Assembly: GCA_963719515.1 (NCBI GenBank)
Contig: CAVRCJ010000011.1
Span: 192,001-256,000 of the forward strand
Direction of reading: 5' to 3'
Source of the DNA: an uncultured cyanobacterium
GTDB taxonomy: Bacteria > Cyanobacteriota > Cyanobacteriia > CAKZMO01
Length of the DNA stretch: 64,000 nt
Positions 60,516 through 64,000 of this stretch are shown here, piece by piece (the first letter of the stretch is position 1; each line of letters begins with the position of its first letter). Under the pieces are notes generated by a model. That model was not told the origin of the DNA and ran no database searches. It saw nothing but the letters and a program-made list of their open reading frames with translations. Made by a program: the position numbers and the translations under genes.

Positions 60516-61706
60516 ATGTCTTCCAAAGTCGCTGTGTTCCCGCGAATTCTAGAATCTCCCGCCATCGCTAAAAAGCTGCAGCTGCTGAGCACGCTGAAGC
60601 GGGTTGGCTTTAGCGGCAGGCTCATTTGGAAAAGCGACTCTGGCCTAGCCTGGGTTTTCTTTTTCAACTCGGGTGAGGTTATCTACGCAACCGGTGGTCG
60701 GCAGTCCATCCGGCGGTGGTATCGATATTTATATCAGCAATGTCCCTCTCGGGTCACCAACTTCCAGACCCTGCAGCGGCAGCTGGTCGCTATAGAGCAT
60801 CCCATACTTCCTAAATGTCCCGACTATCAGCTGCTCTACGACTGGGTGACCCAAGACCAGCTTGCTCCAGATCAGTTGAGCCAGCTTGCCGAGGCGATCG
60901 CCAGCGAAATCCTGTTCGACATTGGGCAGCAGTCCAACGTCACTCACGAGCTCCAGCAAACTAAACCCGTCGCCGTCCTGCCAGACGTCTTGGCGAGTAG
61001 TGACGCCATTGCCTCCAACGTAGCCCAGCTGTGTCAGCGCTGGCAAGCGGCAGACCTCCCCAACTATCCCCTCAGCTACATCCCTGTGATTCGTCAGCCG
61101 GAGCAGCTTGAAGCAGCCACCCCACCCCAGGTTTACCGCATGCTGACGTCGGTGATTGACGGCAAGCGAACCCTTTGGGACATTGTGCTCAAAACTCAGC
61201 GAGATACGATTCAGGTCGTCAAAGCGCTTCATCCCTACTTAAAGGCGGGGTGGATTGACCTAGTCGAGCTGCAAAAAGATGCCGCGCACCCGGCCCGCAC
61301 GCCGCCTAAAACCACCCCCAGCAGCAAGCCAGCGGTTGCCTGCGTCGACGATAGCCCAATGGTTTGTCAGTCCCTAGGGCAAATCGTCAGGTCTTCAGGA
61401 TACGAATTTATCGGTATTCTCGATGCTTCGCGGGCGATCGCAACGCTGCTGAGCCGCAAGCCCGAAGTTATCTTCTTAGACCTCATTATGCCTGAGACCA
61501 ACGGCTACGAAATCTGTAGTCAGCTGCGCAAGACGTCTCAGTTTAAAGAAACGCCAATTGTGATTTTGACGGGTAACGATGGCGTCGTTGACCAGGTTCG
61601 AGCCCGTCTGATGGGGGCAACCGATTTCATCAGCAAACCCATAGAGCCGGTCATAATTTTGAATATTATTCATAAATATCTGCCGGTTAACTCATCTCAG
61701 GGGTGA
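60516..61706 (+). CDS. PatA-type response regulator (PATAN + receiver)
   Basis: N-terminal FSGRL..W.FFF..G...YATGG....RRW region; C-terminal VDDS, FLDLIMP and KP receiver motifs. Confidence 0.88.
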   Translation: MSSKVAVFPRILESPAIAKKLQLLSTLKRVGFSGRLIWKSDSGLAWVFFFNSGEVIYATGGRQSIRRWYRYLYQQCPSRVTNFQTLQRQLVAIEHPILPKCPDYQLLYDWVTQDQLAPDQLSQLAEAIASEILFDIGQQSNVTHELQQTKPVAVLPDVLASSDAIASNVAQLCQRWQAADLPNYPLSYIPVIRQPEQLEAATPPQVYRMLTSVIDGKRTLWDIVLKTQRDTIQVVKALHPYLKAGWIDLVELQKDAAHPARTPPKTTPSSKPAVACVDDSPMVCQSLGQIVRSSGYEFIGILDASRAIATLLSRKPEVIFLDLIMPETNGYEICSQLRKTSQFKETPIVILTGNDGVVDQVRARLMGATDFISKPIEPVIILNIIHKYLPVNSSQG

Positions 61707-61781
61707 ACAAAGGACTAGGGTATTGATGTTATCTACCGCGTTCGTTATTCATTTCTTTACTAGTTTAAAGGGTAGGTAAAC

Positions 61782-62144
61782 GTGAGCATAGTGTTAGTCG
61801 TTGAAGATAATAACACCGAGAAGGCAATTATTACTAACTGCCTGCAGACTAATGGCGTCAGCGTGCTGACGGCTCAAAACGCAGAGGAAGCCTTTGAGCA
61901 GCTAAAGAACCACCAGTTTGATGCCGTTATTCTAGACATCGTGCTGCCCGACCGCAGCGGATTTGAAATTTGCCGCGAGCTCAAAGCAGAAGCCGGAACC
62001 AGCAAAATTCCCGTGGTCATGTGCTCCACCAAAAACGGCGAAATGGATAAGTTTTGGGGGATGAAGCAGGGCGCGGATGCCTACTTGTCCAAACCGATTG
62101 ACCAAGACGAGCTGGTTCGCACCGTCAAACAGTTTTTGGTCTAG
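61782..62144 (+). CDS. CheY-like single-domain response regulator
   Basis: VLVVED, LDIVLP and KFWGMKQGADAYLSKP motifs. Confidence 0.92.
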   Translation: MSIVLVVEDNNTEKAIITNCLQTNGVSVLTAQNAEEAFEQLKNHQFDAVILDIVLPDRSGFEICRELKAEAGTSKIPVVMCSTKNGEMDKFWGMKQGADAYLSKPIDQDELVRTVKQFLV

Positions 62145-62155
62145 AGGGCGTTGAT

Positions 62156-62776
62156 ATGGCCAACTCAACTCCCCAACCCGCACCTGTCCCAGGCTCAGTA
62201 GCGCTGGAAGCCAGCGCTACCGGCGCTCCTATCCCTAGTGCTTCCTCTCTCAGCGCCCCCACAGAGGTCGCCAGCATAGCGCCTGCTGGCGACCAGATGC
62301 TCAGAGTTTCCGCAGCTGACGTCGAGCTGCTGCTGCCGGTCGAGTATCTGGTGGAAATTTTGACCATCCCCAGTGGTCAGGTCGTGCCTATCTTTCATCT
62401 GCCGCCATGGGTGCCCGGCGTCTACAACTGGCGCGGTGAGATCCTATGGACAGCGGATCTCAGCCATCTGCTGGGGCTACCCCCGTGGTACCAGCAGGCC
62501 AACTACGGGGCCAATCACACCGTAGTTGTGCTCGATTACCCCGAGTCTCGGCAGCTGCGCAACGAAGAGCGATCGCCCCTAGGGCTAATCGTCAACAGCG
62601 TCAAAGACATGACGCCGATAGATCTCAGCGTCCTATCGGCCTCCCCTAGCCACAAGTCCAGCGCCATCGACCAACCAGGTCAGTTTGTTCAGGGCTACTG
62701 GTCTCAGCCTGGTGTAGACCTCCCTGTCTTAAATGGCAGAGCCATTCTAGACGCCATGCCCCAACCCAACGAATAG
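62156..62776 (+). CDS. cheW: CheW-like adaptor
   Basis: VPIFHLPPWVPGVYNWRGEILWTADL and LGLIV motifs. Confidence 0.88.
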   Translation: MANSTPQPAPVPGSVALEASATGAPIPSASSLSAPTEVASIAPAGDQMLRVSAADVELLLPVEYLVEILTIPSGQVVPIFHLPPWVPGVYNWRGEILWTADLSHLLGLPPWYQQANYGANHTVVVLDYPESRQLRNEERSPLGLIVNSVKDMTPIDLSVLSASPSHKSSAIDQPGQFVQGYWSQPGVDLPVLNGRAILDAMPQPNE

Positions 62777-62821
62777 TTCAGCCTCCAGCAATTAAGACTC
62801 GCTTCACAACCGCAATTTCTT

Positions 62822-63754
62822 ATGCTTTTACCTTCGAATATCAAACCCAAGCCAGCGGCATTCCTGCTGGGACTCACAATGCTGACGGTGTCATCGCTGT
62901 CAGCCTGTAGTCAGGTCAATAGCGGCGATGGGGCCGCTGCTGAATCTGACAGCAACGGCGTTGAGGTTGGTGTACTGGTCATCGACGACATTACGACGAC
63001 CCGTGACCGATATGAGCCCTTGTTCAAAGAGCTTAGCAAGGCAGTGGGTCAGCCCATTCAGTTTGTCCCCCTGACGCAAGCCTCTCAATTCAACGAGGTT
63101 CAAGACGGCGGCGTCAATTTTGTGATCACAAACCCGCTGGCATCGGTGCAGCTGAGCCAAAACTACAATACAGAGCTTCTGGCGACGCTGTCTCGGACCG
63201 GCACAGGGTCGGAGTTTGGCGGTGTAATCATCGTCAAGTCCGATAGCGCTATCAACAGCATTGCTGACTTAAAAGGAAAGACCGGCGCTTGTGTTTCTAT
63301 GACCACGGCAGCCGGGGGCTGTCTGTTTCAGATGTATCACCTGCAGACTAAAGGGGTCGATCCCTATCTCGACGTCGCCAGCATACAGGAGATTCCGTCT
63401 CAAAATGTGATTGTGCAAACTGTCATCAACGGCGAGGTGGACTTTGGCTTTGTGCGCTCCGGGCAGCTTGAGAGAATGGTCAGCCAAGGGACCATCCCTA
63501 GCGCAGACGCTGTAAAAGTTCTAGAACCGGCCACAGATAGCTATTCCCTACCCCACACGACCCGGCTCTATCCAGACTGGGCTGTTTCAGCGACCCAAGA
63601 TGCCCCCGCTGATTTAGTCAACAAGATGCAGCAGGCGCTCCTAAACCTGCCATCGGATAGCGACGCTCTGAGCAACGCCAACATTGAGCAATTTGTGCCG
63701 GCGGAAGACTACGGCGGCGTCAACGAACTTATTGAAACGTTTGACCTCAAATAA
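62822..63754 (+). CDS. PhnD/PtxB-like (phosphonate/phosphite-type) substrate-binding lipoprotein
   Basis: Lipobox LSAC, GVIIVKSDS.I.SIADLKGK, V..GEVDFGFV and T.LYPDW motifs. Confidence 0.75.
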   Translation: MLLPSNIKPKPAAFLLGLTMLTVSSLSACSQVNSGDGAAAESDSNGVEVGVLVIDDITTTRDRYEPLFKELSKAVGQPIQFVPLTQASQFNEVQDGGVNFVITNPLASVQLSQNYNTELLATLSRTGTGSEFGGVIIVKSDSAINSIADLKGKTGACVSMTTAAGGCLFQMYHLQTKGVDPYLDVASIQEIPSQNVIVQTVINGEVDFGFVRSGQLERMVSQGTIPSADAVKVLEPATDSYSLPHTTRLYPDWAVSATQDAPADLVNKMQQALLNLPSDSDALSNANIEQFVPAEDYGGVNELIETFDLK

Positions 63755-63829
63755 GCCAGCCCGTTCTACCTGCCCTATTCCCTCCCACACTTCCCCACCT
63801 GTACCTGTTGTAACTCCAGGCAAAATGTC

Positions 63830-64000
63830 ATGACCCAGCTTCCACTCCAATCCCCATCCACCCCGCTCACCCAAGACCCCGAATCCTCTGTCGTTTTGCC
63901 CGTGGTTGACAATCCTCCCGCCGGTACTATTCGAGAAGACCTCCAGCCTGATAGCGCCGCCGTCGGGGCGGGGGGCAACACCCTCAGACGACAGCTGTTC
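63830..64000 (+). CDS. 5' fragment of the next operon gene (probably an MCP, by context)
   Basis: ATG at 63830 and open to the window end (MTQLPLQ...TLRRQLF). Identity inferred only from gene order. Confidence 0.45.
   Translation, partial: MTQLPLQSPSTPLTQDPESSVVLPVVDNPPAGTIREDLQPDSAAVGAGGNTLRRQLF

Larger units (their letters stand above)
1..64000. repeat. HIP1 octamer GCGATCGC dispersed through the window
   Basis: Dozens of copies (e.g. 37624, 38508, many inside CDSs). Rarer in the AT-rich 25.7-27.4 kb and 34.6-36.5 kb segments. Known cyanobacterial hallmark. Confidence 0.95.

Noticed and set aside
1..64000. Many overlapping or antisense ORFs in the track (e.g. 264..947, 1862..2581, 31440..32228, 58489..59172)
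   Set aside because: Shadow frames of well-supported GC-rich genes, with no motifs.

Overview
A 64-kb chromosomal window from a GC-rich cyanobacterium. This is inferred from the dense HIP1 octamer GCGATCGC and from cyanobacterial-type genes: class II fbaA, a plastoquinone UbiA, a WCGLC thioredoxin, a BCD/PucC transporter and a PatA-type regulator. Most of the window is housekeeping or transport (thiD, fur/futB, tgt, ubiA, trpS, purS, recJ, fbaA, chrA), ending in the start of a PatA-CheY-CheW chemosensory operon. Accessory regions are (i) a TIR-TIR-TM-WD40 gene divergent from a SLATT/DUF4231-type membrane gene, (ii) an AT-rich islet at about 25.7-28.3 kb with a PspA-like pseudogene and a PIN gene pair, and (iii) a TIR-ATPase / membrane-ATPase / Uma2 locus with a G8 frameshift, small repeat insertions and a 225-bp duplication. 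The most unusual signal is a dispersed small-protein family, with two full copies and one truncated copy. The two full copies share an upstream architecture although their sequences differ: an RBS-sequestering hairpin, a long-range stem, and an internal opposite-strand -10 box followed by G:U-rich hairpins. This looks like a cis-antisense-RNA-controlled module. I saw no rRNA, tRNA, CRISPR array, transposase or integrase. All calls come from reading the sequence by eye; no database searches were run.
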